DNA of 63,985 nucleotides, filler included, from an uncultured Methanosarcinales archaeon (GCA_964550945.1; 7 parts of 7 records of this genome joined end to end with filler, not necessarily neighbours in it); one strand, 5' to 3'. Numbered from the whole stretch's first letter, positions 39,138 through 50,717 are shown. Notes: generated by a model from the sequence alone, not told the origin. Numbers and translations: made by a program.

Positions 39138-39437
39138 ATGGCAAAGAAAAAAGACGTAACTGATGAGAATATAACAGAAATAAAAAAGCTGTTGAAGACA
39201 AAAGATCTTATTATTGGTGAAGACAGGACAATTAAAAATCTGAGATTAGGCAAGATTGACAAAGTATTTTTAACGTCTAATTGCCCAAAGGGTGTTGTTG
39301 AAGACATAAATTATTATGCAAAACTTGCAAAAAGCCATGTTGTCAAATTAAGCCAAAACAATGAGGAGCTGGGCGTAGTATGCAAGAAACCGTTTGCTAT
39401 TTCTGTATTATCTTGTTTAAAGGGGCAAACTAAGTGA
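39138..39437 (+). CDS. rpl30e: Ribosomal protein L30e
   Basis: ELGVVCKKPFAISVL; conserved position after rpoA''. Confidence 0.88.
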   Translation: MAKKKDVTDENITEIKKLLKTKDLIIGEDRTIKNLRLGKIDKVFLTSNCPKGVVEDINYYAKLAKSHVVKLSQNNEELGVVCKKPFAISVLSCLKGQTK

Positions 39438-39847
39438 CCAGGATAATCTACAATAATGATATAATGAAGATCATGTCCCTCTTTGAGACAGTTACGCAGG
39501 CAAAGCTAAAGGACTGCATCTTTGATGAAAGGATTATGTTTATTGTAGAAGAAAACCAGATTGGCAAAGCTATCGGCAAGAATGGGGTTAATGTAAGGAA
39601 GATAGAATTTGCACTGAACAAAAAGGTGAAGATAGTCGAATTCAGCAATGATCATGCGCAGTTCATTAAAAATTTAGTTTATCCTCTTATGGTTAAAGAA
39701 GTAAAAGAAGAGAATAACCTTATCACGATTGTTGGCGGGGATACAAAAACAAGAGGGATCCTAATTGGAAGAGATGCTAAAAACCTTAAAGAACTCGAGT
39801 CAATAACAAAAAGGTATTTTCATATTGACGGAATAAAGGTTGTTTAG
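39434..39847 (+). CDS. nusA: Archaeal NusA (KH domains)
   Basis: GKAIGKNGVNV and LIGRDAKN; conserved operon position. Confidence 0.92.
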   Translation: MTRIIYNNDIMKIMSLFETVTQAKLKDCIFDERIMFIVEENQIGKAIGKNGVNVRKIEFALNKKVKIVEFSNDHAQFIKNLVYPLMVKEVKEENNLITIVGGDTKTRGILIGRDAKNLKELESITKRYFHIDGIKVV

Positions 39848-39865
39848 GAAGCTTGTTTTCAACTT

Positions 39866-39970
39866 CTAAATGTAGCTGGATTTGGCGTTTGCTTTATGCA
39901 ACTTCTCAAAATATTCCTCAATCTCATTGATGTTCATCTTTTGTATTTCTGCTGAAGTGTATTGTTTCAT
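39866..39970 (-). CDS. 34-aa hypothetical microprotein
   Basis: MKQYTSAEIQKMNINEIEEYFEKLHKANAKSSYI with GGTGA SD upstream. Confidence 0.45.
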   Translation of the reverse strand: MKQYTSAEIQKMNINEIEEYFEKLHKANAKSSYI

Positions 39971-40099
39971 TTTTTCATCACCTAGCTATAGGAAATTCAA
40001 TGGATATTAATAACCTTTGCAATTGGTAAGCAGTGAAAAGCCATTTTGGAAGGCAAAGCTTTTATACTCCAGTTCTTTAAGGGAAGATAAAAGGCTAAA

Positions 40100-40306
40100 A
40101 TGGGACAACAAGAAGTGTATGATTTTTTTAAGGAAAACCGGAGGGGATGGTTTACTTCAAAAGATATAACAAAAAAGCTGAACATCTCTCTAGGATCAGT
40201 CACAATGAGCCTTAAGAAACTAAAACAGAGCCGGCTTATTTATTACAAGCTTAATAACCAAAGAAGCCCTGGAAGGAGTTCTTACCAATACAAGTTCAAG
40301 GAGTAG
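40100..40306 (+). CDS. Small winged-HTH protein
   Basis: MGQQEVYDFF...TSKDITKKLNISLGSVTMSLKKL HTH pattern. Confidence 0.78.
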   Translation: MGQQEVYDFFKENRRGWFTSKDITKKLNISLGSVTMSLKKLKQSRLIYYKLNNQRSPGRSSYQYKFKE

Positions 40307-40313
40307 TTAGCGT

Positions 40314-40511
40314 CTATTCTGTTTCTTTTGTGACGTTAGCAGCTTTTGGGCCCCTATCGCCTTGCACTACATCAAATGTAACCGAGTCATTGTCATGTAT
40401 GATGGCGCCTGCTTTTAATCCTGACTGATGCACGAAATATTCTTTTCCGTCTTCACCAGCGATAAAGCCGAATCCTCTCGATTCATTGAAAAATTTTACT
40501 GTTCCTTTCAT
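40314..40511 (-). CDS. Cold-shock domain protein
   Basis: GTVKFFNESRGFGFI (RNP1), YFVHQS (RNP2) and GPKAANV. Confidence 0.95.
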   Translation of the reverse strand: MKGTVKFFNESRGFGFIAGEDGKEYFVHQSGLKAGAIIHDNDSVTFDVVQGDRGPKAANVTKETE

Positions 40512-40633
40512 TTTTCCTCCTTGCGTATTTTTGGTTCACAATCCTTACAGTACACCTTTGCATACTCGCCTTTATTTACAGTGTACCTTTTTCTGCACAA
40601 TCTGCAGAATTTGACTATCTTGTAATCTACCAT
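40508..40633 (-). CDS. 41-aa zinc-ribbon microprotein
   Basis: MVDYKIVKFCRLCRKRYTVNKGEYAKVYCKDCEPKIRKEEK; ATGA-coupled to the cold-shock gene. Confidence 0.7.
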   Translation of the reverse strand: MVDYKIVKFCRLCRKRYTVNKGEYAKVYCKDCEPKIRKEEK

Positions 40634-40771
40634 TTGTTTTATCAGAAAAAGCATTAAATCTTAGCAATAAATTTTTCCGATATATGCCTAGAATGCTCTG
40701 CTATTTATAAATGCTTTGTTTTTAGGACAATGTCTAGTTAACGAATGATTTATATATAACCTATTACATAA

Positions 40772-40871
40772 NNNNNNNNNNNNNNNNNNNNNNNNNNNNN
40801 NNNNNNNNNNNNNNNTTAATTAATTAANNNNNNNNNNNNNNNNNNNNNNNNNNNNNNNNNNNNNNNNNNNN
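40772..40871. other. Artificial contig linker
   Basis: N44-TTAATTAATTAA-N44. Confidence 0.98.
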
Positions 40872-40873
40872 TA

Positions 40874-42097
40874 AGCCCTGTAGCAGACTTCACTTCATTA
40901 GTTGCAGCAATAGAAGCAGGAGCAGATGCAGTCTATTTTGGCCTTAAAGAGCTTAATATGAGGATGGCTGCCAAAAACTTCAGCCTTAATGAATTGAAAA
41001 AAGTAGTAGACAAATGCCACAAGAATAATGTTAAATCATACCTTGCCCTAAACACAATAATCTACGACAATGAAACAAACAAACTAAAGGCTATACTAAA
41101 AAAAGCAAAAGAAGCTAAGGTTGATGCTGTTATCTGCTGGGATTTTTCTGTTATAAACGAGGCTGACAAGCTAAACATCCCTGTCCATATCTCGACACAG
41201 GCGTCTATTAGCAATTTTGAATCGTTGCTCTTTTTGAAAAATAAGATTAAAAATCTGAAAAGGGCAGTTCTGGCAAGAGAGCTTTCATTAGACCAGATAA
41301 AAAAAATAGTTTACAATATTAAAAAAAATAAATTAAACATTGAAATAGAGACATTCATCCATGGCGCAATGTGCGTTTCTATTAGTGGAAGATGCTTTTT
41401 CAGCCATGAGGTTTTTGGGAAGTCAGCTAACAGAGGAGAGTGCCTGCAGCCTTGCAGGAGAAAGTATTCAATCAAAGATATCGAGGAAAATCATGAGTTT
41501 GAATTAGGCGAGAATTACATCATAAGCCCAAAAGATCTATGTGCATTGCCTTTTATCGAGAAGTTGATTGACGCTGGAATAAGCTCTTTTAAGATTGAAG
41601 GCAGAAACAGGTCTCCTGAATATGTAAAAACAACAACAGAATGTTATCGTGAAATAATTGATTACTGTTCAAATAATAAAAATTCAATGAATAATAAAAA
41701 AACGATTAATGAGTATAAACTGCTAAAAAAGAAACTGCTTAAAAAATTAAAAACAGTTTACAACAGGGATTTCTCCTCAGGATTCTATTTAGGAAAACCA
41801 GTTAATGAATGGGTTGATGCTTATGGCTCAAAAGCGACAAAAAAGAAGATTTACCTGGGCTATATCAAAAATTTCTATAATGAGGTTAGTGTTGCTGAGG
41901 TAATATTGGAAACAGACAATATAAAGCTAAACGACAGGATAATGATCCAGGGCCCGACAACAGGGGTCTTCGAGCAAAATGCCTCTTCAATGGAGACAAA
42001 TCACAAAAAAGTAACATCAGCAAAAAAAGGCAAACGTGTTGGAATAAAAATAATAAGAAAAGCAAGGATTAATGACAAGGTTTATCTGATTAGATGA
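40874..42097 (+). CDS. Peptidase U32 family protein (5' truncated)
   Basis: GADAVYFG upstream of the track start; HISTQAS, VLAREL, FIHGAMCVSISGRC, ANRGECLQPCR and FKIEGR motifs. Confidence 0.9.
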   Translation, partial: SPVADFTSLVAAIEAGADAVYFGLKELNMRMAAKNFSLNELKKVVDKCHKNNVKSYLALNTIIYDNETNKLKAILKKAKEAKVDAVICWDFSVINEADKLNIPVHISTQASISNFESLLFLKNKIKNLKRAVLARELSLDQIKKIVYNIKKNKLNIEIETFIHGAMCVSISGRCFFSHEVFGKSANRGECLQPCRRKYSIKDIEENHEFELGENYIISPKDLCALPFIEKLIDAGISSFKIEGRNRSPEYVKTTTECYREIIDYCSNNKNSMNNKKTINEYKLLKKKLLKKLKTVYNRDFSSGFYLGKPVNEWVDAYGSKATKKKIYLGYIKNFYNEVSVAEVILETDNIKLNDRIMIQGPTTGVFEQNASSMETNHKKVTSAKKGKRVGIKIIRKARINDKVYLIR

Positions 42098-42098
42098 T

Positions 42099-43013
42099 TT
42101 ATACCCTCACTTTCCCAGCACTATCAAACAAAGCAGAGCCAATTCCTTTGCCGATATAAAATGATTTCTCGCTCAAAAGCCCGCTTAGCATGCCAAAAAA
42201 GGTTTTCTGTTTTTTATATTTTGCGATTTCAGCCTTAACACCATGCTTTGCTTCAATGAACTTGACTGCTTCATCCTTGCCACCTAACTCATCTATTAGT
42301 CCAGAATCCTTTGCTTCTGAGCCCAAGTAAAACATACCTGTTGCAAGGTCCCTAACTGTTTTTTCTGACAAATTCCTGTTCTTAGCAACCTCTTTGATGA
42401 AATAGTTGTGCATCAAATCTAATTTGCTCTGAATTATGGATTCTTCTTCTTTTGTCATCTCCCTGAATGGTGATGCTACATCCTTATATTTGCCTGACAC
42501 CAGCCTTTGATAAGTAACATTATACTCATTAAGGAATCCTGAAAAATCAAGATAAGACCCTAAAACGCCAATTGATCCTGTGATTGACATCCTATTGGCA
42601 ACAACATGGTCAGTAGCAGAAGCGGCCCAATAAGCTCCTGATGCTCCTACTTCCCTGATCCAGGCAACAGTTGTCTTATTAGTTTTTTTGATTGCAGAAG
42701 CAATCTCGTCAGTCGCTACTGGACTGCCTCCAGGGCTGTTAATCTCGAATATTATTGCGATTATGCTAGGATTTTTATCTGCCTTCTCTATAAAACTCAC
42801 AATATCGCTCGAAGAAGCAACATCTTCAAACATACTATTTGCGTCATCAGACATAATCACGCCTTTTATGGGGATAAGAGCGACATTTCCAGCTCTTGTT
42901 TCTACTGTATCCCCAATAAACAGCGAAACAATACCTGCTAAAATAAAACTCACTAAAGCCAAAGCCACCAGCACAAAGATAATAAATCCCCATCTTGCCT
43001 TTTTTTCTGCCAT
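42099..43013 (-). CDS. sppA: Signal peptide peptidase SppA (S49)
   Basis: INSPGGS, ASGAYWAA, TGSIGV and GKYKD motifs. Confidence 0.93.
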   Translation of the reverse strand: MAEKKARWGFIIFVLVALALVSFILAGIVSLFIGDTVETRAGNVALIPIKGVIMSDDANSMFEDVASSSDIVSFIEKADKNPSIIAIIFEINSPGGSPVATDEIASAIKKTNKTTVAWIREVGASGAYWAASATDHVVANRMSITGSIGVLGSYLDFSGFLNEYNVTYQRLVSGKYKDVASPFREMTKEEESIIQSKLDLMHNYFIKEVAKNRNLSEKTVRDLATGMFYLGSEAKDSGLIDELGGKDEAVKFIEAKHGVKAEIAKYKKQKTFFGMLSGLLSEKSFYIGKGIGSALFDSAGKVRV

Positions 43014-43024
43014 ATGCTCACCCT

Positions 43025-43528
43025 CTAACCGTTTATCCTATCCATGTCAAAATGCTCAACTGTTCTTGTTTTGCTTAAGACCTCAAATAACCTTCTTTGC
43101 TTGTTGAACAAATAGTATATGATATCCACAACCCATATTATGTCAGCAATCAAAAACAAGCTTCTTACTATCAACTGCCATAGCTTTAATTCTTTTTGCT
43201 CAGACACCACATGTATTTTCATTACAATTTTCCCTATGCTTTGCCCAAGCTTGTGTTCAAGAATAACAAAATAGAGTATACAGATTAATTCCAAACTGAA
43301 TATGGCAAACAAAATAGCAGCTGAAGAATCTGTATAAAATAAATATTTAAAATTATCTGTAAAAGACTCTGCTGGCGGCATTAATTTTTTAAGCAGGTTA
43401 TTCAGAGGAAATCCTATAATAAAGTAGATTATAAACAGATCAATAAGAAAAGCCATAACCCTCTTAAAAGCAGTTGCTGGCCCTACAAAACTTTTCTCTT
43501 TCGGCAGATTAAGCCCGCTTTTTTTCAT
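43025..43528 (-). CDS. RDD family membrane protein
   Basis: KRVMAFLID, GQSIGK..MKI and QRRLFE..SKT. Confidence 0.85.
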   Translation of the reverse strand: MKKSGLNLPKEKSFVGPATAFKRVMAFLIDLFIIYFIIGFPLNNLLKKLMPPAESFTDNFKYLFYTDSSAAILFAIFSLELICILYFVILEHKLGQSIGKIVMKIHVVSEQKELKLWQLIVRSLFLIADIIWVVDIIYYLFNKQRRLFEVLSKTRTVEHFDMDRING

Positions 43529-43572
43529 GATTGATTGATCATCTATGCAGTTATATAAAAATCTTTTTATAA

Positions 43573-44574
43573 CTAGTCCAGATCCAAAACTCTTCTTGCA
43601 ATATACTTTATTGAGGTTACTGTTGCTTTAAGATTCTCTATTATGTTGGAAGTTGACACACAATGCATCCCTTTGATGGTTGTTCTTTGTTTTAGATTGC
43701 AATAATGGCTGTATTTCTCCAAAAAGCGGTTGCATGCAGTGATCTTGTCCCTCATGGATATATGCATCTCATGGGCTGATTCCTTGTTATGGGTATAGTA
43801 AATTTTCATTGTTTCAATGTAAGATTTGTTGATATCCTGATAAAGCTCCCTAAGCTCGTCCAATGCGGTTTTACTAAGATTGATTACTGCAAAATTCCTT
43901 GATATCCTCTTTTGCCTGTCTGCTATCTTTTCCAGCTTTTCAACAAGATAGATTGCATTCTGTAAAGACCATGCATCCATACCATAAATTTTCATAACAG
44001 CTGGATTTTTCATTGCAGATTTTACAGTCCTGTAGGCAAGATAATAGAGCCTGTTAACATCAGCATCTCTGTCGTTTATACTTTCACATACATCCGGCTC
44101 ATCAATGCATTTTATTGAATCATCAATCATGCCTCTAACAGTCATATCCATTCTCTTAATCATATTCTGGATAGAAACCTCCTTAATGTCTATAAGGTCC
44201 TTTGCAATGATTCTTGTAGAAGTCTGTTCAATTATCTCCATGCCAGCCAGGCTTCTCAATATTTCTTTTATGGACTGGGCGTTTGTTTTTGCATCTTTCA
44301 ATATCTCAATTGTATCAAAATTGTTCAGGTAGGAAGAGATTATTTCAGACTTCAAAACATCTTCATCCTTGCCCTTTGCATCGATTATTATTGGCCTTGG
44401 CTCCTTCTTATTTTCATTGAATTGTGTAGAGATAATCAGTTCATTGCTGTTCTCATCAACAGAGATTGTATCCCCTTTTTTCAGATTATTGTCTAAGACC
44501 CATTTTTTTGGCACAGAAACAATGTAAGAGCCTTTTCCAAACCCCACTAATTTTCTGAACTCCATTAAACCCAC
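43573..44574 (-). CDS. phoU: Phosphate uptake regulator (AbrB plus PhoU domains, archaeal type)
   Basis: RKLV..GKGSYIVSVPKKWV N-domain; D.DVNRLY and LEKIAD PhoU repeats. Confidence 0.85.
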   Translation of the reverse strand: MGLMEFRKLVGFGKGSYIVSVPKKWVLDNNLKKGDTISVDENSNELIISTQFNENKKEPRPIIIDAKGKDEDVLKSEIISSYLNNFDTIEILKDAKTNAQSIKEILRSLAGMEIIEQTSTRIIAKDLIDIKEVSIQNMIKRMDMTVRGMIDDSIKCIDEPDVCESINDRDADVNRLYYLAYRTVKSAMKNPAVMKIYGMDAWSLQNAIYLVEKLEKIADRQKRISRNFAVINLSKTALDELRELYQDINKSYIETMKIYYTHNKESAHEMHISMRDKITACNRFLEKYSHYCNLKQRTTIKGMHCVSTSNIIENLKATVTSIKYIARRVLDLD

Positions 44575-44833
44575 CCCATTATAATCCTTAATGTTTATAT
44601 AATATTTATTGGTTGCATATATAATCTATATGCTATATATAGTATATGGAATAAGTATATATATTTAAATGTTTCTTTAGCATCGTAAATAACGCAACTT
44701 AACAATACGAAACTCGGGGGAGGTAAGACTTTCAAGGCATTTGAATGGTATAAAGACCGCTAGAATGTCTAAGCATTTTAGCATAAAACCAAGAAAGTAC
44801 CAAATTCCCGGGTTTCACATTTTTGGTGGGAAT

Positions 44834-44956
44834 ATGAAGAAAAAACTTGGAAATGTGATGAATGAAGAACTGTATATTGATGAAGATAACTATTCAAGAG
44901 ATTTCAGAGATTTTTTAATTGGTGATGAAAAGATAAGTGTTAATTCAAAATTATAG
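44834..44956 (+). CDS. 40-aa acidic microprotein
   Basis: ATG at 44834 after GGTGGG; first of three closely spaced small ORFs. Confidence 0.45.
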   Translation: MKKKLGNVMNEELYIDEDNYSRDFRDFLIGDEKISVNSKL

Positions 44957-44967
44957 GAGGTGGTAAG

Positions 44968-45066
44968 ATGGTGGGTTTTGACAAGCCAATAGATGAAAAT
45001 CCATACGACGACTTTTTCAAAAGGTATGATTTTGATGATAGGATGAAAGAATTTGAGGAAAAATGA
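44968..45066 (+). CDS. 32-aa acidic microprotein
   Basis: MVGFDKPIDENPYDDFFKRYDFDDRMKEFEEK; strong GGAGGTG SD. Confidence 0.55.
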   Translation: MVGFDKPIDENPYDDFFKRYDFDDRMKEFEEK

Positions 45067-45161
45067 GTTTAGGCGCAATTTTATTCATATCCGGTTGGCT
45101 GGTTTGGATTGTTTTAGTAACGATATTGGACAGGATAAAGGCTAGATACGAGTTCTATTAA
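45063..45161 (+). CDS. 32-aa single-TM microprotein
   Basis: MSLGAILFISGWLVWIVLVTILDRIKARYEFY; ATGA overlap with the previous ORF. Confidence 0.55.
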   Translation: MSLGAILFISGWLVWIVLVTILDRIKARYEFY

Positions 45162-45253
45162 AAACATACACTTAGATAGTTATTTTAGGACATTAGAACT
45201 TAAAATAGAAATCTTTATATATAATGCGTATATATCTATATATGTGACGTAAT

Positions 45254-45481
45254 ATGGTGCAAGCTGTAATAAATATCGATGAAAACACAAATAGGGTTTT
45301 GAATATTGTAAAAGCAAAGTTCGGTTTGAGAGATAAATCTCAAGCTATAAATATGGTTGTAACTGAATACGAAAATTCTTCGCTAGAGCCTGAATTAAGG
45401 CCTGAGTACAAGTCTAAGCTAGCTAAAATTTTAAGTGGAAAACATCTTTCTCGTGAGGAATTTGAAAAAGAGGTTGCTTAA
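45254..45481 (+). CDS. DUF2683-like antitoxin
   Basis: MVQAVINIDENTNRVLNIVKAKFGLRDKSQAI...EPELRPEY. Confidence 0.8.
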   Translation: MVQAVINIDENTNRVLNIVKAKFGLRDKSQAINMVVTEYENSSLEPELRPEYKSKLAKILSGKHLSREEFEKEVA

Positions 45482-45482
45482 A

Positions 45483-45524
45483 TTGTATAAAGACCTCTAC
45501 AGTGAGGAGATCACAAAGAAGTAA
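45483..45524 (+). pseudogene. Remnant of a RelE-like toxin
   Basis: TTG-start MYKDLYSEEITKK* right after the antitoxin, with GAGGT SD. Confidence 0.45.
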
Positions 45525-45596
45525 TCCCTAAGATTAGGTGAGTGATAAAAAGATTTATATAACGTTCATGAAATTAACAGATTAGGGATGATTGGT

Positions 45597-45739
45597 ATGA
45601 AGCAATTATCTATTGTTGGATTTTTGATAATGGTTATAGCGATTAGCGGCTGTTAAGCACAAAAAACACACGTGCAACCAACTACGGCTCCAATTGCAGC
45701 ATATATCCTTCGATGAAAGGAAATGTAATTGTAGAGTGA
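45597..45739 (+). pseudogene. Decayed cupredoxin-type lipoprotein
   Basis: Lipoprotein signal MKQLSIVGFLIMVIAISGC then stop; a shifted frame gives CSIYPSMKGNVIVE*, resembling the plastocyanin C-x2-H-x2-M-x-G C-terminus. Confidence 0.6.
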
Positions 45740-45748
45740 GGTGAAAGA

Positions 45749-45892
45749 ATGGCTAAAAAATTTTTCAAATGCCGGGTTTGTGGAGACATCCATTATGGCA
45801 TGGCTGGACCAGTTATTTGCCCAACATGCCAGACCAAGAATGCATATGAGCCTATAGAGAAAGAAGCAGCAAAAAAAGGGATGGGTTTTTAG
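45749..45892 (+). CDS. Rubredoxin-like microprotein (47 aa)
   Basis: FKCRVCGDIHYG...PVICPTC; GAGGTGA SD. Confidence 0.8.
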   Translation: MAKKFFKCRVCGDIHYGMAGPVICPTCQTKNAYEPIEKEAAKKGMGF

Positions 45893-45896
45893 TTTT

Positions 45897-46805
45897 ATGG
45901 CAAGGCTAGACGATAAAAAATTGATTAAAATCCTGGGGACAGATAATAAAACTCTAAACAGGTTCAAGCAGATACAAAAAGAAACTATAGAAGAAGCAAA
46001 GAGGTTATCTGCCGACAAGGATAAGAAAATAAAGGTGTTAGGTATATCTGGTTCTGCGAGATCAAAAGAGGATATGGCCCAGGAAGATTCTAACTCTGAA
46101 ATGCTTTTAGTCGCTTGTTTGGAGCACTGCAAGAAGATTGGCGCTGATTTTGAATTGATTAAGCTTCGTGATTATAAGATAGGACATTGCAAAGCATGTT
46201 ATTCAACTACAAACACTCAGTGCCATTTTTACTGCTCCTGCTATCCAAAAGGAACTCCTGCTGGAGATGACATGAGCAATATACTATATGACAAGATTCT
46301 TGGAGCAGATGTTATCATTTTTGCAACACCTGTAAACAATTTTAAGGTTTCTTCATTAATGGCGTTATTCCTGGATAGGTGCATAAGTTTGGATGGCAGT
46401 TTAAAGCCTGCAAACCCTAAGTTCAGCAAAGATAGGGATCTTAACATAAAACACACAAAATTTGTTGAGCTGAGTTCTGATAGAAAAATCCCAGGCAGCG
46501 GTTTCTTAAGGAGGTTTGCTGGAAAAGTTGGAGGGATAATTGTTACAGGCCATGAAGAAGGCGCAGCGCTTGTTATATCCTCGTTGTTTATGACCTTAAA
46601 CCATTATGGGATGATTTTCCCGCCATGGAGCAATGTATATGCTATGGCTTCTTTGAAAAATCCGACATATGAAGATAAAAATATATTAAAAGACAAGATT
46701 TACACCAATGATGTAGAAGATCTTGCTGAGAACACAGTTACAATGGCAAATCTCGTAAGGAAATTGGGTAAACAACATTGGAGGTATGATTACTCATCAA
46801 ACTAA
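45897..46805 (+). CDS. Flavodoxin-fold iron-sulfur flavoprotein / NAD(P)H-dependent FMN reductase family
   Basis: VLGISGSAR, CKAC.....CHFYCSC, DDM, ADVIIFATPV and GKVGGIIVTG motifs. Confidence 0.85.
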   Translation: MARLDDKKLIKILGTDNKTLNRFKQIQKETIEEAKRLSADKDKKIKVLGISGSARSKEDMAQEDSNSEMLLVACLEHCKKIGADFELIKLRDYKIGHCKACYSTTNTQCHFYCSCYPKGTPAGDDMSNILYDKILGADVIIFATPVNNFKVSSLMALFLDRCISLDGSLKPANPKFSKDRDLNIKHTKFVELSSDRKIPGSGFLRRFAGKVGGIIVTGHEEGAALVISSLFMTLNHYGMIFPPWSNVYAMASLKNPTYEDKNILKDKIYTNDVEDLAENTVTMANLVRKLGKQHWRYDYSSN

Positions 46806-46806
46806 C

Positions 46807-47025
46807 ATGCTAGAAAACATCTCTTATTATCTGATTTTTGGCAAGCCTTTGATTATGTATGGCGGAATCTTAACGCTTTTATCCTTCTTGTTCACAGCAT
46901 CAATTTCTATTTTGAATAAAAAAGGCATAAATAAAATTCCATTTAAATGGCATCCACGAATGGCAATCATCTCAATTGCATTGGCAATGATTCATGGCTT
47001 TTTAGCCATAATGCATTATTTTTAG
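46807..47025 (+). CDS. Small membrane protein with conserved-looking His residues
   Basis: Two TM segments; KWHPRMA...MIHG. Confidence 0.65.
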   Translation: MLENISYYLIFGKPLIMYGGILTLLSFLFTASISILNKKGINKIPFKWHPRMAIISIALAMIHGFLAIMHYF

Positions 47026-47101
47026 TGGTTACATCATCAATTTGATGAGGATATATTTTTTTAATATGATAACATCTAAACATATGAGGGGTGATCATAA
47101 A

Positions 47102-47407
47102 ATGAGCATGATATCTGAATTTATGGAATTCTTGAAAGAGTATAAGGTTGTTGCTTTGGCAGTTGCTTTCGTAATGAGCGTCGCTGCTACAGCATTAATC
47201 AAGTCTATGGTGGATAATATCATCATGCCTGTAATAACGCCGTTTATACCTGGTGGGGCGTGGAAAACAGCAACATTCGCTTTAGGCCCAATAGTTGTTG
47301 GATGGGGGCCTTTCTTAGGAGAACTGATCAACTTTGTGATAATCGCATTTGTGGTATTTATGATTGCAAAGAAGATAATGAAAGAAGAAAAAGTAACCAA
47401 GAAATAG
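47102..47407 (+). CDS. mscL: Large-conductance mechanosensitive channel family protein
   Basis: EFMEFL...VVALAVAFVM...V.NIIMP...G.FL..LINFVIIAFVVF. Confidence 0.88.
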   Translation: MSMISEFMEFLKEYKVVALAVAFVMSVAATALIKSMVDNIIMPVITPFIPGGAWKTATFALGPIVVGWGPFLGELINFVIIAFVVFMIAKKIMKEEKVTKK

Positions 47408-47599
47408 CTTGGTTTTCTTATTATTTTTCTTAATTTCGTAGAGATCAGCGTGGCTAGACAGCCTATTGATCAAAATTAGCATTTATGCCTAAATTAGCAA
47501 GGTGCTGAAACGTCAAAATTTACATGTTATAGGTTCTATAACCTCAAAATTTAAACGAAAGATTTATAAACTTAGGTTCATTTTATTTGTCTATTCTGA

Positions 47600-49528
<1,929 letters not shown>

Positions 49529-49565
49529 TAACGTTTATAAATAGACTTTAAATTCTTAACATAAA

Positions 49566-50324
49566 ATGGCTGAAGCTAAAGCGCTAAAAGTGAAAAGAAA
49601 GAGATGGTACCCGATACTAGCCACAAATATATTCAGGCAGGCTCAGATTGGGGAGATTCCTTTGGACGATGTAAGGAAAGCTATTGGAAGGACCATACTA
49701 GCTAACCTTATGGAGCTCACCAATGACATCAAGAAGCAGAACATAAATATGAGGTTTATTGTCACTAAAATAGAAGGCGATAACCTACTGACAGAAGTCA
49801 TTGGCTATGAGATGATTCCTGCTTCCATAAGAAGGTTAGTAAGAAGGGGCCGTGAAAGGGTCGATATATCTATTGCATGCTCAACAGCAGATAATGTCAG
49901 GATAAGGATAAAAGCATTATTGGTGACAAGAGCCATGGTAAAAGGCTCTGTTAAGGCAGCTTTGGTAAGAAATTTGAATGATAGCCTTGCTAAAAATGTC
50001 AGAAAATTACGATATGAAGAGTTAGTTGCAGACTTGGTGTCTCATAAATTCCAGAAAATAATCCATGCTCCATTAAACAAGATATATCCTCTGAAGACCT
50101 GTGAGATAAGGATGATGAATATTGCAAAGGAGAAGAGAACTGCCGGTGAAGAGCCTAAAAATGAAGAGGTTATAGAAGAAGTTAAAGAAGAAACACAGGA
50201 CAATGAAGAGGAGATAAAAGAAGAGGGTAACGAAGAAGATAACCAGGAAGATGTTCAAGAAGGCGACAAAAAAGATAATCCAGAGCAAGAAGAAGGTGGG
50301 AAAGATGCCGAAACCGCTGATTGA
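49566..50324 (+). CDS. rps3ae: Ribosomal protein S3Ae (eS1) with acidic tail
   Basis: KRWYPILA..F, IRRLVRRG..RVD and KIYPL...EIR motifs. Confidence 0.88.
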   Translation: MAEAKALKVKRKRWYPILATNIFRQAQIGEIPLDDVRKAIGRTILANLMELTNDIKKQNINMRFIVTKIEGDNLLTEVIGYEMIPASIRRLVRRGRERVDISIACSTADNVRIRIKALLVTRAMVKGSVKAALVRNLNDSLAKNVRKLRYEELVADLVSHKFQKIIHAPLNKIYPLKTCEIRMMNIAKEKRTAGEEPKNEEVIEEVKEETQDNEEEIKEEGNEEDNQEDVQEGDKKDNPEQEEGGKDAETAD

Positions 50325-50487
50325 TTCTTCAAAATGCACAAGCTGCGGGAATTGTGTTGATGTCTGCCCTGTTGCAGTTTTTGAAAAAAAAGGTAAATCT
50401 GTTAAGGTAGCTAATCCAGACGATTGTATTGGATGCAAGGCATGCGAAGCACAGTGCCCTCAAGAAGCTATCAAGGTTGAAGATTAA
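50305..50487 (+). CDS. 2x[4Fe-4S] ferredoxin
   Basis: CTSCGNCVDVCP and CIGCKACEAQCP. Confidence 0.93.
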   Translation: MPKPLIDSSKCTSCGNCVDVCPVAVFEKKGKSVKVANPDDCIGCKACEAQCPQEAIKVED

Positions 50488-50526
50488 ATTTATAAACATA
50501 TTCTATTTCTTATTCTTTTACAGCAC

Positions 50527-50617
50527 AGCCCCGTAGTCTAGCGGTCAAGGATAGAGCCCTCTGGCAGCGATATGCTATAGAAAGGCTTTGACGGCAGTTC
50601 GAATCTGCCCGGGGCTA
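50527..50617 (+). tRNA. tRNA-Gln(CTG) with canonical 37/38 intron
   Basis: AGCCCCG/CGGGGCT acceptor (A1-U72), GAGCC/GGCTT stem, 18-nt intron, GGCAG-TTCGAAT-CTGCC T-arm. Confidence 0.9.
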
Positions 50618-50717
50618 TCTTATTAATTCTGTAAGCCCAACGAACCAGTATTCGCAACCATCAAATGTGAACTCAAGTTGCGACAGGCTATTGCGAACGG
50701 AGTGAGCAATAGTCTAC

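Noticed and set aside
45653..46132. Minus-strand 159-aa ORF
   Set aside because: Antisense to the rubredoxin-like and flavoprotein genes
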